DNA from: a virus
Virus record (IMG/VR): IMGVR_UViG_3300003691_000002
Coordinates: 24,691-88,690 of that record
Reading direction: 5' to 3' (one strand)
Length of the DNA stretch: 64,000 bases
In this document: piece by piece, positions 21,303-31,350 of the stretch
Layout: each line of letters starts with the position of its first letter
Position numbering within the stretch: position 1 is the stretch's first letter
Program-made: the position numbers and the translations under genes
Notes under the pieces: model-generated
Databases searched by the model: none
Told to the model about the DNA's origin: nothing
The model's input: the letters and a program-made list of their open reading frames with translations, nothing else

Positions 21303-23115
21303 TTTCTTCTAAATCGATTGATAAAACAGAAACTAAATTTTCAATATAATCAGAAGTAAAATCTATTATATGTTGGCCAATTGCATTTTGTGATAATTTT
21401 TCATCTTCTTCTAACAAATCTAAGACTGCTTTATTATCTAAAATAGAATTTTCAACTAATTGCAAAATTTCTTCTGAGATATTATCTACTGTTTCTTTTT
21501 CTTCTTCTTTTTCTTCTTTATATGCTTCTAGAATTTCATCTACAATTTCTGTAGAGGATTTTGCTACAATATTACTAAAAACATTAGTTTTAATTGTTTC
21601 ATAATATGTACAAAATCCTTTATTAATAGTATAAATTCTAGAAGCTCCTAAAGGAGCAATTATTCCTGTAAAAACTTGACCATTTAATATTAAAGGTTGT
21701 TTATTTGTTAAAATACTATTTACAGGGTGAACAGAAGCAAAAGAAAGCCTGGAAGGATTTAACATATTTGGATTATTATCTTCAATTGTTTTTACAGCTT
21801 CCCAATCAAAAGTAGATCTTAATTCTATGCCTTTATATATTGGTTTAATAAAAGCATCTATATTAGTAAAGTCTTTATCTTTAAAAGGTATAAAAGTAGT
21901 TTTAGAAGGTTTAATTACAAAATCTTGTGCTTCTAAACAGAAATTAGAGTTTTTTAGATTTTTTAGTCTCCTTCTAGCTGCTTTTAAATCATCTTGAGAT
22001 AGTAAATAAAAACCACATCCTTTTATCCAAGTATATAATCCTGTAACTAAATGACCATTTCTTTTATATCTAAAATTATTAAAATAAATATTCTTTCCAG
22101 AAACATTTATTTCTTCATAAAAAAGATCATAAGAAGAAGTAGCCACGTCTGGTAAAACATACTGTCTTTTTTCAGGAAGAAAGTTATAATCTCTTTTTTT
22201 AGCCCCTCCTCTTGCGTAGTTAGATTTATTATTTTCTTTTGGTTTACTAGAAACATAATATTGATTGTGCTTTCTAGTTATTACTGTTTTTTCTGCTGTT
22301 TTTAAGCAACCATTTTTAACTTTGTAAACAGTATTAAAATCTAAGTTAATAATGTTTTTACCACCAATAATTTTTAAACCTTCTTCTTGAGAAGAAAGAT
22401 AAAGACTATTTTTATTTTGTTGCCAAGCATATAAAGGTCTTTCTTCTGTTCCTTCTAAAGCATTAAAAGTTTTTTTAGATTTACCTTTATAAAAATAAAT
22501 AGTATTAGGTTCATCAACTTTAAACCAAATTAAAGCTGCAGCCCCTTGATATTGTTCTAATACTGAGTAATCATCAGTTTTAGATAAAATTTCTAATAAA
22601 ATTTCACTATCTATTTTTGGTACAACAACAGTAGAATTTGCTTTTTTTACTTCTTTATCGGTCTCTACTTCAAACTTATTAGCTAATGTAATATCATTGT
22701 GTAATGTACCATTATGAACACCTACAAAAATTGTTTTTTTGTTTTTATTTTTAAAACCAAAAGGATGAGCATTTTCTTCAGTATGAGCACCCCTAGTAGC
22801 TTGTCTAGTATGGCCTATTACTACAGGATATTTATAAGGTTTTTTATAACCATTTGCTAAAACAAAATCTCTATAGAGTTTATTTTCTCCAGTTCCTTTT
22901 TTAATAGCATTATCTGATACAACTCCACAAGAATGTATTCCTCTTGCTTGGTTTAGTATCCCTAATAAATCAAATTTTAATTTATCAAAGTCTTTTGGAG
23001 TTTTACCTGCCCAAGCAAAAATACCACAAAATAAAATATCATGTTTATTTTTAAAAATAATATTTAATCCTGTAGAAATAGTTAATAATATTAATATTAA
23101 ATTAAGTAAATTCAT
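21295..23115 (-). CDS. Class II (Ntn) glutamine amidotransferase with hydrophobic N-terminal leader
   Basis: CGIF, RG.HSCG, GHTRQAT.G, NAHPF, HNG, DSE motifs. Confidence 0.9.
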   Translation of the reverse strand: MNLLNLILILLTISTGLNIIFKNKHDILFCGIFAWAGKTPKDFDKLKFDLLGILNQARGIHSCGVVSDNAIKKGTGENKLYRDFVLANGYKKPYKYPVVIGHTRQATRGAHTEENAHPFGFKNKNKKTIFVGVHNGTLHNDITLANKFEVETDKEVKKANSTVVVPKIDSEILLEILSKTDDYSVLEQYQGAAALIWFKVDEPNTIYFYKGKSKKTFNALEGTEERPLYAWQQNKNSLYLSSQEEGLKIIGGKNIINLDFNTVYKVKNGCLKTAEKTVITRKHNQYYVSSKPKENNKSNYARGGAKKRDYNFLPEKRQYVLPDVATSSYDLFYEEINVSGKNIYFNNFRYKRNGHLVTGLYTWIKGCGFYLLSQDDLKAARRRLKNLKNSNFCLEAQDFVIKPSKTTFIPFKDKDFTNIDAFIKPIYKGIELRSTFDWEAVKTIEDNNPNMLNPSRLSFASVHPVNSILTNKQPLILNGQVFTGIIAPLGASRIYTINKGFCTYYETIKTNVFSNIVAKSSTEIVDEILEAYKEEKEEEKETVDNISEEILQLVENSILDNKAVLDLLEEDEKLSQNAIGQHIIDFTSDYIENLVSVLSIDLEEND

Positions 23116-23918
23116 TTAATTAAAATATTTGATTCTTCTATAATAGATTTTCTTAGTTCTAATATTTCTTCATTAGACATTTCATGAGCATTTAATATAG
23201 CGTTCTCATGTTTATATTGTAGTTCTTTAAAATAAGGAAAACTAGCTAATTCTATAGCTGCTAAAGTATTAACAAAAATAGTTGTTTGTAATTCTTTTGT
23301 TTTTAGCCAAAAATTAGAAAGAGTTCTGTATTCTAAACCATAAAATTTATCTCTATAATTGCCTAATTGCCCGTAATATTGTTTTCTTTCTTTATCTGGG
23401 TCAATAACTAAAGCTAATAACCCTAAAGTAATATCTAAAGCTTTCACTAATCTCATATTAGCTAAATCATTAGGAGAAGTATATCCTATATGAATATGTC
23501 CCCCACACATTCTAGTGGTGTAATCTTCAGAAAATTGTAATTGATTTTGCTCAAAAGTATATACATTAAAATCAGGATCACAACCAAACATACGAGCTTG
23601 TCTACTAGTTAACTCTTCCTTTTTAAAAGTATGTGTAGTTGAAAAATCTAATTTATGATTTTTATTATTTAATTTTAGATAAATATTTAAATAATCTAAA
23701 ACTAATTGTATATTATTTAGAAATTCTTTTTCAGAAACGCATGGAGGAATATTAAATTCTACCATTACATTGTCTTCTTGAACAAAATATCCTTCTTTAT
23801 TTAAAACAGGTTTTGGATTGTTTTTAGTTCCTCCAATTAGCCCTTCTGCAGAAATAATTTGTGATCCATCATTCACAAACAATTCTGGGTCAGCTCCTAT
23901 TGTTACATTTTTATACAT
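23112..23918 (-). CDS. phiEco32-like COOH-NH2 ligase type 2
   Basis: IGADPELF, GLIGGTK, QEDNV..EFN, FGCDPD, GGHIHIG, GLEYRTLSNFW. Confidence 0.9.
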   Translation of the reverse strand: MYKNVTIGADPELFVNDGSQIISAEGLIGGTKNNPKPVLNKEGYFVQEDNVMVEFNIPPCVSEKEFLNNIQLVLDYLNIYLKLNNKNHKLDFSTTHTFKKEELTSRQARMFGCDPDFNVYTFEQNQLQFSEDYTTRMCGGHIHIGYTSPNDLANMRLVKALDITLGLLALVIDPDKERKQYYGQLGNYRDKFYGLEYRTLSNFWLKTKELQTTIFVNTLAAIELASFPYFKELQYKHENAILNAHEMSNEEILELRKSIIEESNILIK

Positions 23919-24609
23919 ATAAATAATCTAAAATAATATTTCTTATAAAATCTAAAGTTTCTTGAGGTACTCCTTCAAATTCAGGATGTCCTTGTATAGC
24001 TAATCCATTTATTTTAGGATAATAAACTATTTCTGGTTCAATAAAATTATTTGCTAATTCTATCTCTTCATTTTTTCCATTTAAATAAGTATCGCTTTCA
24101 AAAAATTTTGACCAAGCAATAAGCTTATAATCATCTTCAGGTAAATTAAAAGGATACATCATTTGATGGTGTGTAGAAGTCATATCAAAACTTTTAAACC
24201 TATTATTGCCCCGCATTACCTCTATGAAATGATTTTTAGTATGATTTGTTACGTGTTGAATTAATTTACCATCAGCACGAACAGTCAAATATTGGGCTCC
24301 TCTACAAATACCTAATTTTTTTATTTTATAAGGTAAATAATTAAATAATAGACCACATCTTAAATCTCTTTCTTCATTAACAAATGTATGTCTACCATTT
24401 TTTTCTCCATATAAATTAGGATTTACATCTTCCCCGCCAGTATAAATAAGCAAATCTTTATCTAAATTTATTTTTATTTTACTGGTATTTAAATCATCAA
24501 GAAATTTTTTTATATTATTTACTTCTATAAATTCAATTTCTTCATTAAAAACAAAACTTAAAAATTTTTTATAATTTTTGTTTAATAGAGATTCACTGAT
24601 AATTTTCAT
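23911..24609 (-). CDS. Class I glutamine amidotransferase / peptidase C26 (gamma-glutamyl hydrolase-like)
   Basis: TGGEDV.P, GICRGAQ, STHHQ, QGHPE (Cys-His-Glu triad). Confidence 0.9.
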   Translation of the reverse strand: MKIISESLLNKNYKKFLSFVFNEEIEFIEVNNIKKFLDDLNTSKIKINLDKDLLIYTGGEDVNPNLYGEKNGRHTFVNEERDLRCGLLFNYLPYKIKKLGICRGAQYLTVRADGKLIQHVTNHTKNHFIEVMRGNNRFKSFDMTSTHHQMMYPFNLPEDDYKLIAWSKFFESDTYLNGKNEEIELANNFIEPEIVYYPKINGLAIQGHPEFEGVPQETLDFIRNIILDYLYV

Positions 24610-25399
24610 TTATTTTTTTATTTATTATTTTTGGTAATATTTCTTTATATTTTTCAGCTGTAATTTCTCCAAAAGAAGGTGCTGAATTAATTTCAATAAT
24701 AACAAAAGCTGGAAATTTATTATTAGATTGAACTCTTACATCAACAGCCCCAAAATCTAGACCTACTGCATTAAGAGCTTTTACAGACTCATTTACAATA
24801 TAATCCCAATTATCAGGTTTGTCAAAAAGTTCATTTTTTTCTAATATCCAAACACAATTTAAATTATTTTTAAACCATTTATGTTCATCTGGAGTATTAT
24901 TTTTAATCATTTTTCTACAAGAATAAAAAACACCATCTTTTGTAACATGAAGTCTATATTCTTTATTAAAATTATAAAAACGCTCAAAAATAAAATTATT
25001 TAATTCTCCAGAATGCTTATTTAAAAAAGAATTTAAATCTGTAGCATTATCAATTTTTTCATTACCATTATTCCTACTTCCAAATCTTCTTTTAGCTATA
25101 ATAGGAAAAGGCATATTTTCAAAATTTACTATTTCTTTAGTAATGCAATTAAAAAAATTGTAATTTTTATAAAAAGTAAACCATATAGGAGTTCTTACAT
25201 CTGCTTCTAAAAATTTATTTTTCATTTTTAATTTATCAGATGAGTTTTTTACTGCTTCTATTGTGTTTACCTCAATATTTGCATTTGATATAGTAGTTGA
25301 ACCAAATCTAACAACTACTGTTTTTTCAACTTTTGGTAAAATTCTTCTCAATACATTATGAGAAGGATGTCTACTTCTAATTCGTGGTCTATACTTCAT
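24593..25399 (-). CDS. ATP-grasp peptide ligase (RimK/YheC-D-like)
   Basis: DKL, FPIIAK..FGS, EYRLHV, LDFGAVD, EINSAP. Confidence 0.9.
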   Translation of the reverse strand: MKYRPRIRSRHPSHNVLRRILPKVEKTVVVRFGSTTISNANIEVNTIEAVKNSSDKLKMKNKFLEADVRTPIWFTFYKNYNFFNCITKEIVNFENMPFPIIAKRRFGSRNNGNEKIDNATDLNSFLNKHSGELNNFIFERFYNFNKEYRLHVTKDGVFYSCRKMIKNNTPDEHKWFKNNLNCVWILEKNELFDKPDNWDYIVNESVKALNAVGLDFGAVDVRVQSNNKFPAFVIIEINSAPSFGEITAEKYKEILPKIINKKINENYQ

Positions 25400-25814
25400 C
25401 TACAATTTTATGTACTTTATTAATCATACTTTGATCATTCCAATCTCCAGAATCAACTATAGGTAAATTTTTTAAATCTATTCTATTACCTGCCAGGTAA
25501 ACAAAAGCATTTCCCCAAGGAGTAGGAATAATATCTTTATTATAAAGATTATTTTTTCCTTCCCCAATATAGCCTTCAAGATTATCTAATTGTTTTGCTG
25601 TATTTTCATTATCTATTTCAAAAACATCCATTGTAATAGAAGTTGCACTTCTATTTGTTTCTATTATAGCAGGAAATGCTCCTAAACTAAACATTGTATA
25701 AATAGGTTCTGTTCTAAAAGTTCCTAAATGTTTTGAATCTTTTAAGAAAGTTTTATAATTATTATGTCCTAATCTTAAAGTTCCATAAACTGCTACTAAT
25801 ACTTTATTTTTCAT
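25389..25814 (-). CDS. Gamma-glutamylcyclotransferase (AIG2-like)
   Basis: VAVYGTLR.G..N, LD.LEG, SGDW. Confidence 0.9.
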   Translation of the reverse strand: MKNKVLVAVYGTLRLGHNNYKTFLKDSKHLGTFRTEPIYTMFSLGAFPAIIETNRSATSITMDVFEIDNENTAKQLDNLEGYIGEGKNNLYNKDIIPTPWGNAFVYLAGNRIDLKNLPIVDSGDWNDQSMINKVHKIVDEV

Positions 25815-25816
25815 AT

Positions 25817-26845
25817 TTAAAAAGGTAAATAAATTTCTTTTTTATATATCTCTATACTTTTCTTTCTTCCCCAAACTTTTATTAAATCACTAAAATCTTT
25901 ACATTGATATCTATCAGGTATAGTAATTGATTTTAGTCCAAATTTTGTAGCTAATTCTTTAGCTTTAATTTGTCCAACATTTTCTTCTTTATCATAATCA
26001 TTGTCATACCAAATATAAATATGTTTAAATCTTTCTTTTAACTGATCTATAATATGTTGTTTGGGTAATACTGTTTCTGATTGTAATGCTACAGCAGGAA
26101 TTCTTAAATTTTCTACAATTGCCATTACATCTTTTAATGATTTTGTAATAATTAATTCTTTATGTCTTAAAGGTAATTGTTCCCATCCTTGCCAAACAGA
26201 ATAATTATGATTATTTAAAAATTTATATTTTTTATTATAAGGTTGATATATTTTTAAAGATGTTTTATTATCTTTTTTCTCAACATAAGAATAAGCATAT
26301 TTATCTGCTTTTACAGCAGAACCTTCTTTATTATAAAAAATATAACTAATAGGGGAAACTCTGTATTTTTTTAATGTATATAAAGAAATTCCAAATTTTT
26401 CCCAAAACATTATATCATGTTCTTTCCATTGTCTTGTTTTTTTTGCTAAGATTTTTCCAGAACTTTCAGATAATAATTTTTCTCTGCTTTTTGTATTTTT
26501 TTCTTGTTTATAATTAGAAGCTTCAATTTCTTTATAATTAAAATGCCATTTTAAATTAAAATCAACAATAATTTTATTTAATGCTTCATAATAAGATAAA
26601 TTAAACAATAGTTTAACAAATTCTATACAATCACCTTTATACTTAAAATCATTAAACCATATTTCTCCTGTTTTTTTATTTAAAAAAAATCTCAACGAAG
26701 GAACATTTTCTTCTCTAAATAAAGATTTATAGCTTTTAGATAAAGCAATATCTTGTTGCATATAATATCTATATATATCTATATCTTGTATATAAGAAAA
26801 AATATGTTCCTTAGAAGGATCTTTTTTATTTAAATTAATAGTCAT
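25817..26845 (-). CDS. DNA primase (DnaG-like TOPRIM, crAss type)
   Basis: S.FREEN.PS, FNDF..GD, KIYQP, ITKSLKDVM, WYDND, KDFSD. Confidence 0.85.
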   Translation of the reverse strand: MTINLNKKDPSKEHIFSYIQDIDIYRYYMQQDIALSKSYKSLFREENVPSLRFFLNKKTGEIWFNDFKYKGDCIEFVKLLFNLSYYEALNKIIVDFNLKWHFNYKEIEASNYKQEKNTKSREKLLSESSGKILAKKTRQWKEHDIMFWEKFGISLYTLKKYRVSPISYIFYNKEGSAVKADKYAYSYVEKKDNKTSLKIYQPYNKKYKFLNNHNYSVWQGWEQLPLRHKELIITKSLKDVMAIVENLRIPAVALQSETVLPKQHIIDQLKERFKHIYIWYDNDYDKEENVGQIKAKELATKFGLKSITIPDRYQCKDFSDLIKVWGRKKSIEIYKKEIYLPF

Positions 26846-26976
26846 TACATTGGAGGTGTTAATACCATATAAATACTACCAAGAATAGCTATTAAAACCA
26901 TTGTCCAAATTAAGCTAAAACCTATTTTTTTAGCTGTATGTTTTTTTATAGCATATTTTTTATAATCATTTTTCAT
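26845..26976 (-). CDS. Small single-TM protein (43 aa, not in ORF track)
   Basis: MKNDYKKYAIKKHTAKKIGFSLIWTMVLIAILGSIYMVLTPPM; stop overlaps the primase ATG. Confidence 0.55.
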   Translation of the reverse strand: MKNDYKKYAIKKHTAKKIGFSLIWTMVLIAILGSIYMVLTPPM

Positions 26977-27073
26977 TGTTTTTTTGTTTATAATTAATCC
27001 GCAACAGTTCAATTAGTCCTGCTGTAATACCAATTAGAGCTAACCATAATATCGGGTCATTAATTGCTCTCAT
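26966..27073 (-). CDS. Small single-TM peptide (35 aa, not in ORF track)
   Basis: MRAINDPILWLALIGITAGLIELLRINYKQKNNEK; overlaps the next start. Confidence 0.5.
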   Translation of the reverse strand: MRAINDPILWLALIGITAGLIELLRINYKQKNNEK

Positions 27074-27087
27074 CGTTGTTTTAGTTT

Positions 27088-27258
27088 TTAATTTTTGTTT
27101 AATTCTGTTAAACAAACATTCATAATATAAGTCTGTTCTTTTTTTAATTCTTCAGGAAAAACTTGTAAAGCAAATTGATATAGAAATTCAAAAAATTCTT
27201 TATCTGCTTTAAATTCTTTTTGTTTTTCTTTTTGTGTTTTTCTATAAACAACTTCCAT
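27088..27258 (-). CDS. Small hypothetical protein (56 aa, not in ORF track)
   Basis: MEVVYRKTQKEKQKEF... open frame filling the gap in the operon. Confidence 0.5.
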   Translation of the reverse strand: MEVVYRKTQKEKQKEFKADKEFFEFLYQFALQVFPEELKKEQTYIMNVCLTELNKN

Positions 27259-27268
27259 AATTAGTTTT

Positions 27269-27301
27269 AAAAAATAAGGGGGAAATTAATCCCCCTTATT
27301 T
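27269..27301 (-). terminator. Intrinsic terminator after SSB-like gene
   Basis: AAATAAGGGGGA-AATTAA-TCCCCCTTATTT inverted repeat. Confidence 0.8.
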
Positions 27302-27310
27302 AATTAATTA

Positions 27311-27895
27311 TTAACTCCAATTCTCTACATCTTGAACAGGATTATCTTGTTTCATAACGCCTTCATCAGTGTCAGGAATAAGTTTTTCCATTAAATCACT
27401 TGGTTTTTTAAATAAAGTAGGTTTTTCACCTGCTCTTTCTATAAAATCAAAAAACCTAAGACTCAAATAACCTTTTTTATTAGGATAAGCTAATGTACCA
27501 AAAGTAACATAAACATTATATTTATGATTACTTGCATTTTCTTTTACTAATTTAAAAAGAACATCAAAAGCTTCTTTTGTGCTATTAACTTCTGGAAAAA
27601 CATAGTCTTTCCCCATAACAACCTTTGCAATTTGCAAAACTCTATTAATTTGAAGTTTAGCATATTTTTGATTAGCTTCTTCTGTTTTTTGAGGATTAGG
27701 TTGTGGATAATAAAAACCCTCATTGATAACAGCGCCTGTTTCATCTGTTACGATGAGTTTATAATCAGGTCTATTTTCTGGTTCATCTACTGCTCTTTTT
27801 TCAATAGCAATATCTACACCTTCTACTAGTCCTGCCTGTCCATTATTAAAAATAGGTTTTGAAGTGTTAAATTCGTTACTGTTTAAATCTATCAT
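27311..27895 (-). CDS. Putative single-stranded DNA-binding protein
   Basis: Follows the Sak4-like ATPase; acidic C-terminal tail ending DVENWS. Confidence 0.55.
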   Translation of the reverse strand: MIDLNSNEFNTSKPIFNNGQAGLVEGVDIAIEKRAVDEPENRPDYKLIVTDETGAVINEGFYYPQPNPQKTEEANQKYAKLQINRVLQIAKVVMGKDYVFPEVNSTKEAFDVLFKLVKENASNHKYNVYVTFGTLAYPNKKGYLSLRFFDFIERAGEKPTLFKKPSDLMEKLIPDTDEGVMKQDNPVQDVENWS

Positions 27896-27932
27896 ATTGT
27901 TTTAATTCCGTCCATATACCTACCACTTTTTA

Positions 27933-28703
27933 TTAATTAATAAAAATATCTGTCCAATTTATTTTTATTTCATCAGTTTGTGGGTCTGATTCGGCAACAA
28001 TAATTTCTTTGCCCTTCAGATGAGGTGATCTTGCTCCTGATAACAAGTTAGGAGAAGAATTAAAATTAATAATAGTTTGATTGTCTTTTCGATATAAATA
28101 TCCTACAGCATCTACTTGAGAACAAAGAATAGAAGAAGCTTTACCAGTTAAAGCAAGACCTCTTTCTGTCATTTCTTTGCCTTCTCTTTCAACTAATTTG
28201 TCTTTTACATGTCCTAATATAATTAAAGTATCACAAATTTCTTTTAATTCGTTAATAACCATACTAAGAGCATCTCTAGTATATTTATAACCTGCACCGT
28301 TTGGTAAAGTAGTAACATCTGTACCAACCCAGTTTCTACCCATTGAAGTTTTTTTATACAATTGATTAGCAAGAGGTAAAACAATATCTTCCAATGCCGT
28401 TACAGTATCAATTGCAATATAAGGATAAATTTTCTTACCCTTTTCTTCATTTTTCTCTTTAATAAGTTCAATGTACTTTTTTAAAGTAGAAATAGGTAGT
28501 TCTTTATTTTTAGATGCTTCTTTAATAATATCAATTTTTAAAGCATCTACAAAATGAGAACCAGATTCTAAATCAAAAATTAAACAACCAGGTAAAGCTG
28601 CTACAAGAGTAGTTTTACCCATTTTTGGCTGACTAAATATAACCACTGTTTCAGGGTTAACTCGATCAGCCTCAATTTTTTTAAATGGTAATTCCATCAT
28701 CAT
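27933..28703 (-). CDS. Sak4-like AAA ATPase / single-strand annealing protein
   Basis: SQPKMGKT, DLESGS, IAIDTVT, ILGH, GY. Confidence 0.85.
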   Translation of the reverse strand: MMMELPFKKIEADRVNPETVVIFSQPKMGKTTLVAALPGCLIFDLESGSHFVDALKIDIIKEASKNKELPISTLKKYIELIKEKNEEKGKKIYPYIAIDTVTALEDIVLPLANQLYKKTSMGRNWVGTDVTTLPNGAGYKYTRDALSMVINELKEICDTLIILGHVKDKLVEREGKEMTERGLALTGKASSILCSQVDAVGYLYRKDNQTIINFNSSPNLLSGARSPHLKGKEIIVAESDPQTDEIKINWTDIFIN

Positions 28704-28752
28704 ATTATATCTTATGTTTTTAATTAATAAAACACAGATACATTGTTAAAGT

Positions 28753-29808
28753 TTATGATAATGCCAACATTTCTGCCGGAATTTTACCTTGAGATTTATA
28801 TCCTTTTAAGATATAATCATCAATCTCACTTTTTTCTAAGTCTTTTAAATTTTTTAAATTTTTTTTAATTTTTAAAGTACAATTACTAAATCTAAAATTT
28901 GTACTTCTTTTTAATTGTGTTTTTACGGCTTCAAAATGAGGATGATATATGTGAACATTCCTCAAATCCCCAATTAATTTTCCTGGAATATAACCTGTTA
29001 TTTTAGAAAGTATATGCATTAATAAACCATAAGAAGCAATATTAAAAGGTAACCCTAAGAAAGTATCTACAGAGCGTTGCTCCCATACTAAATCAAATCC
29101 ATATCCACCTTTTTTAAGAGGATAACACATAACTTGAAATCCTTTATGACATGGTGGTAGAGCCATCTGGTCAAGTTCCCCAGGATTCCAAGCAGTTACA
29201 ATAAGCCGGGTAGACATAGGAGTTTTAATCATATCATAAATGAGATAATCAATTTGGTCTAAATAACTACGTTTTAAATACTCTATCCTAGTATTTCTCC
29301 AATTATATGAATGTTTTTCATAAACTGGCAAAGAATCTACAAACCATTCACGCCATTGAGCTCCATACACCCTTCCTAAATCTCCTAATGTATAATCAGG
29401 AATACTTTGAAATTGATATAATTCTTCTATAGTTCTATTTAAAATAGTTTCTATAAATTCTTCAAATGTAAAAATATTTTGTGATTGAGCAAAACCTTGT
29501 CTTACTAAACTATTATAACGCTCTTTATAATGATTATAAGCATCTTTATTCCAGATATGAATATCATTATCAATAAGATATTTAATATTGGTATTTCCTT
29601 TTAAAAACCAAAGAAGTTCTCCTACTACACCTTTCCAATATAATGTTTTAGTAGTTATAGCTGGGAAACCTTCAGACATATTATATTCAAACCTATAACT
29701 TGGTATTTCTCTTCTTAAAACTTCTTTTCTATTAGGGTCTTGATAATCATAACCTGAATTAAAAATTTTATTTAAAAGAGTATGATATTTTTTATCAATT
29801 AATGCCAT
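28753..29808 (-). CDS. thyA: Thymidylate synthase
   Basis: ELLWFL.G, IWN, YGAQWR, LPPCH, QRSVD.FLGLPFNIASY, HIY. The Asn specificity residue is dUMP-type. Confidence 0.95.
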   Translation of the reverse strand: MALIDKKYHTLLNKIFNSGYDYQDPNRKEVLRREIPSYRFEYNMSEGFPAITTKTLYWKGVVGELLWFLKGNTNIKYLIDNDIHIWNKDAYNHYKERYNSLVRQGFAQSQNIFTFEEFIETILNRTIEELYQFQSIPDYTLGDLGRVYGAQWREWFVDSLPVYEKHSYNWRNTRIEYLKRSYLDQIDYLIYDMIKTPMSTRLIVTAWNPGELDQMALPPCHKGFQVMCYPLKKGGYGFDLVWEQRSVDTFLGLPFNIASYGLLMHILSKITGYIPGKLIGDLRNVHIYHPHFEAVKTQLKRSTNFRFSNCTLKIKKNLKNLKDLEKSEIDDYILKGYKSQGKIPAEMLALS

Positions 29809-29913
29809 TTATTTCATTTTTTTTCTTTTTTAATTTTCTAAAATATCTTTTAATATCTATATCAGGTCTTTGATGTAAATAATGTCTTCTTCTTGAATAT
29901 TTACTCATAATTT

Positions 29914-30660
29914 TTATTTTGGAATTTTTGGTATTAAATCATAATTAGATTTAGCTTTTTTACTTCCAATAAGGTTTGCTAAACAAGTATATTCTTTTCT
30001 AGAAATTCTTTTTAAAGTTTTATGACTTATTTTTCTATGACAGGGAGAAATATTAGAATGATTAAAAATTTTTTGATAACCTAAATTGTTCCAATCTAAA
30101 TTTTTATTATAAATTCTTAATAAAAATTTTAAACTATCTTCTCCCTTTTCTCTTTTATTTTGTATAAGTTCTTTATAATAAGAAGTTCTTTTTAAACCAT
30201 TACTATGCCAAAAAATTCTTAAAAAATTTAAAATAATAAGATTTTTTAAATATGAATTTGTAAAAAACTCATAATAAATATAACTTTTATCGTTGTAAGT
30301 TACTAATTTACAAGTAGTGAATTCATTAATATAAGATATTGTAGCAAGTAAAGCTTTTTCATCTCTTTTATTCCATTTATGTCTTGTATTATTTTCTAAC
30401 TTATTAGCTCTAAATTTTGATATGAATATTCCTTTTACATTTTTAATATCTGTACCATTAGCAACATATTCTGTATCATTATTTAAAAAATTTTTAAGTC
30501 CTGCAAAACAAAAAGTATTACTAACTTTTTGAAATTTTTGTTTTGATAATTTTCTATTACTTGTTAAATTACGATCACTATATACAAATAAATAACAATC
30601 GTAAGAAGGAACAGCTCTTACAAAACATGGTACTTTTGGGTCATAATAATCTAAATTCAT
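29914..30660 (-). CDS. Hypothetical protein
   Basis: Long ORF; the likely start MNLDYY follows the upstream stop at 30662. Confidence 0.65.
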   Translation of the reverse strand: MNLDYYDPKVPCFVRAVPSYDCYLFVYSDRNLTSNRKLSKQKFQKVSNTFCFAGLKNFLNNDTEYVANGTDIKNVKGIFISKFRANKLENNTRHKWNKRDEKALLATISYINEFTTCKLVTYNDKSYIYYEFFTNSYLKNLIILNFLRIFWHSNGLKRTSYYKELIQNKREKGEDSLKFLLRIYNKNLDWNNLGYQKIFNHSNISPCHRKISHKTLKRISRKEYTCLANLIGSKKAKSNYDLIPKIPK

Positions 30661-30661
30661 T

Positions 30662-31048
30662 TTAGGATAATATGGTAGTATTATTTTTTTCTTTGAATTG
30701 TATAGTGCCGTTTTGTATTTTAAAATATTTAATCGGTTTATTATGTTGTTGAGCATACTTAATTTCTGCTTGAACCCCTGTAGATTGTAATACTTTATTA
30801 TAGCCTTCTTCTGGTATAAGTACAAATACTTCATCACAAAAATCTATGAATTGATAATCAATTTTTTGCCAAAATTCCCAATTACCTGGAACTTCATATT
30901 CTGATATTAAAGTTAAAGGATGACTATGTGTTATAGGACTAAATACATTATATCCTTGTTGTAATAATAAAATAGTAGCAATATTTACTTGTTTATAAGA
31001 ACTGTCTCTCATTCCAGAATAAGGAACTGCTAAATATATTTTTTTCAT
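30662..31048 (-). CDS. DUF1937/DUF4406-like nucleoside deoxyribosyltransferase-fold protein
   Basis: IYLAVPYS, FSPITHSH, W...D..FI..CD.V.VL, STGVQAE...A. Confidence 0.8.
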   Translation of the reverse strand: MKKIYLAVPYSGMRDSSYKQVNIATILLLQQGYNVFSPITHSHPLTLISEYEVPGNWEFWQKIDYQFIDFCDEVFVLIPEEGYNKVLQSTGVQAEIKYAQQHNKPIKYFKIQNGTIQFKEKNNTTILS

Positions 31049-31350
31049 TTATTATTTTTTTCTTTTTTCTTCTTATTCAATGGTATAAAAGTGCCTATGC
31101 TACTTCCTATCATATAACCTAAAATTGGAAACCAACTATCCTTGAGAATAGCATTTACACCAATGGTCATAGATAATAGCCATAATACTGATATAACATT
31201 AGTACTTATTATTGCTTTTGTTATTTGTAAATTATTTACATGAATAATATTTAAACTACGAGCATAAAAAAATATTATTTGTAATATACAAATTAAAAAA
31301 GAAGAAAAATAAATATTATCAAGCCATTGTATCATCTTTGAATCTGTCAT
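31045..31350 (-). CDS. Small three-TM membrane protein
   Basis: Hydrophobic segments; Y..GSSIGT motif. Confidence 0.65.
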   Translation of the reverse strand: MTDSKMIQWLDNIYFSSFLICILQIIFFYARSLNIIHVNNLQITKAIISTNVISVLWLLSMTIGVNAILKDSWFPILGYMIGSSIGTFIPLNKKKKEKNNK

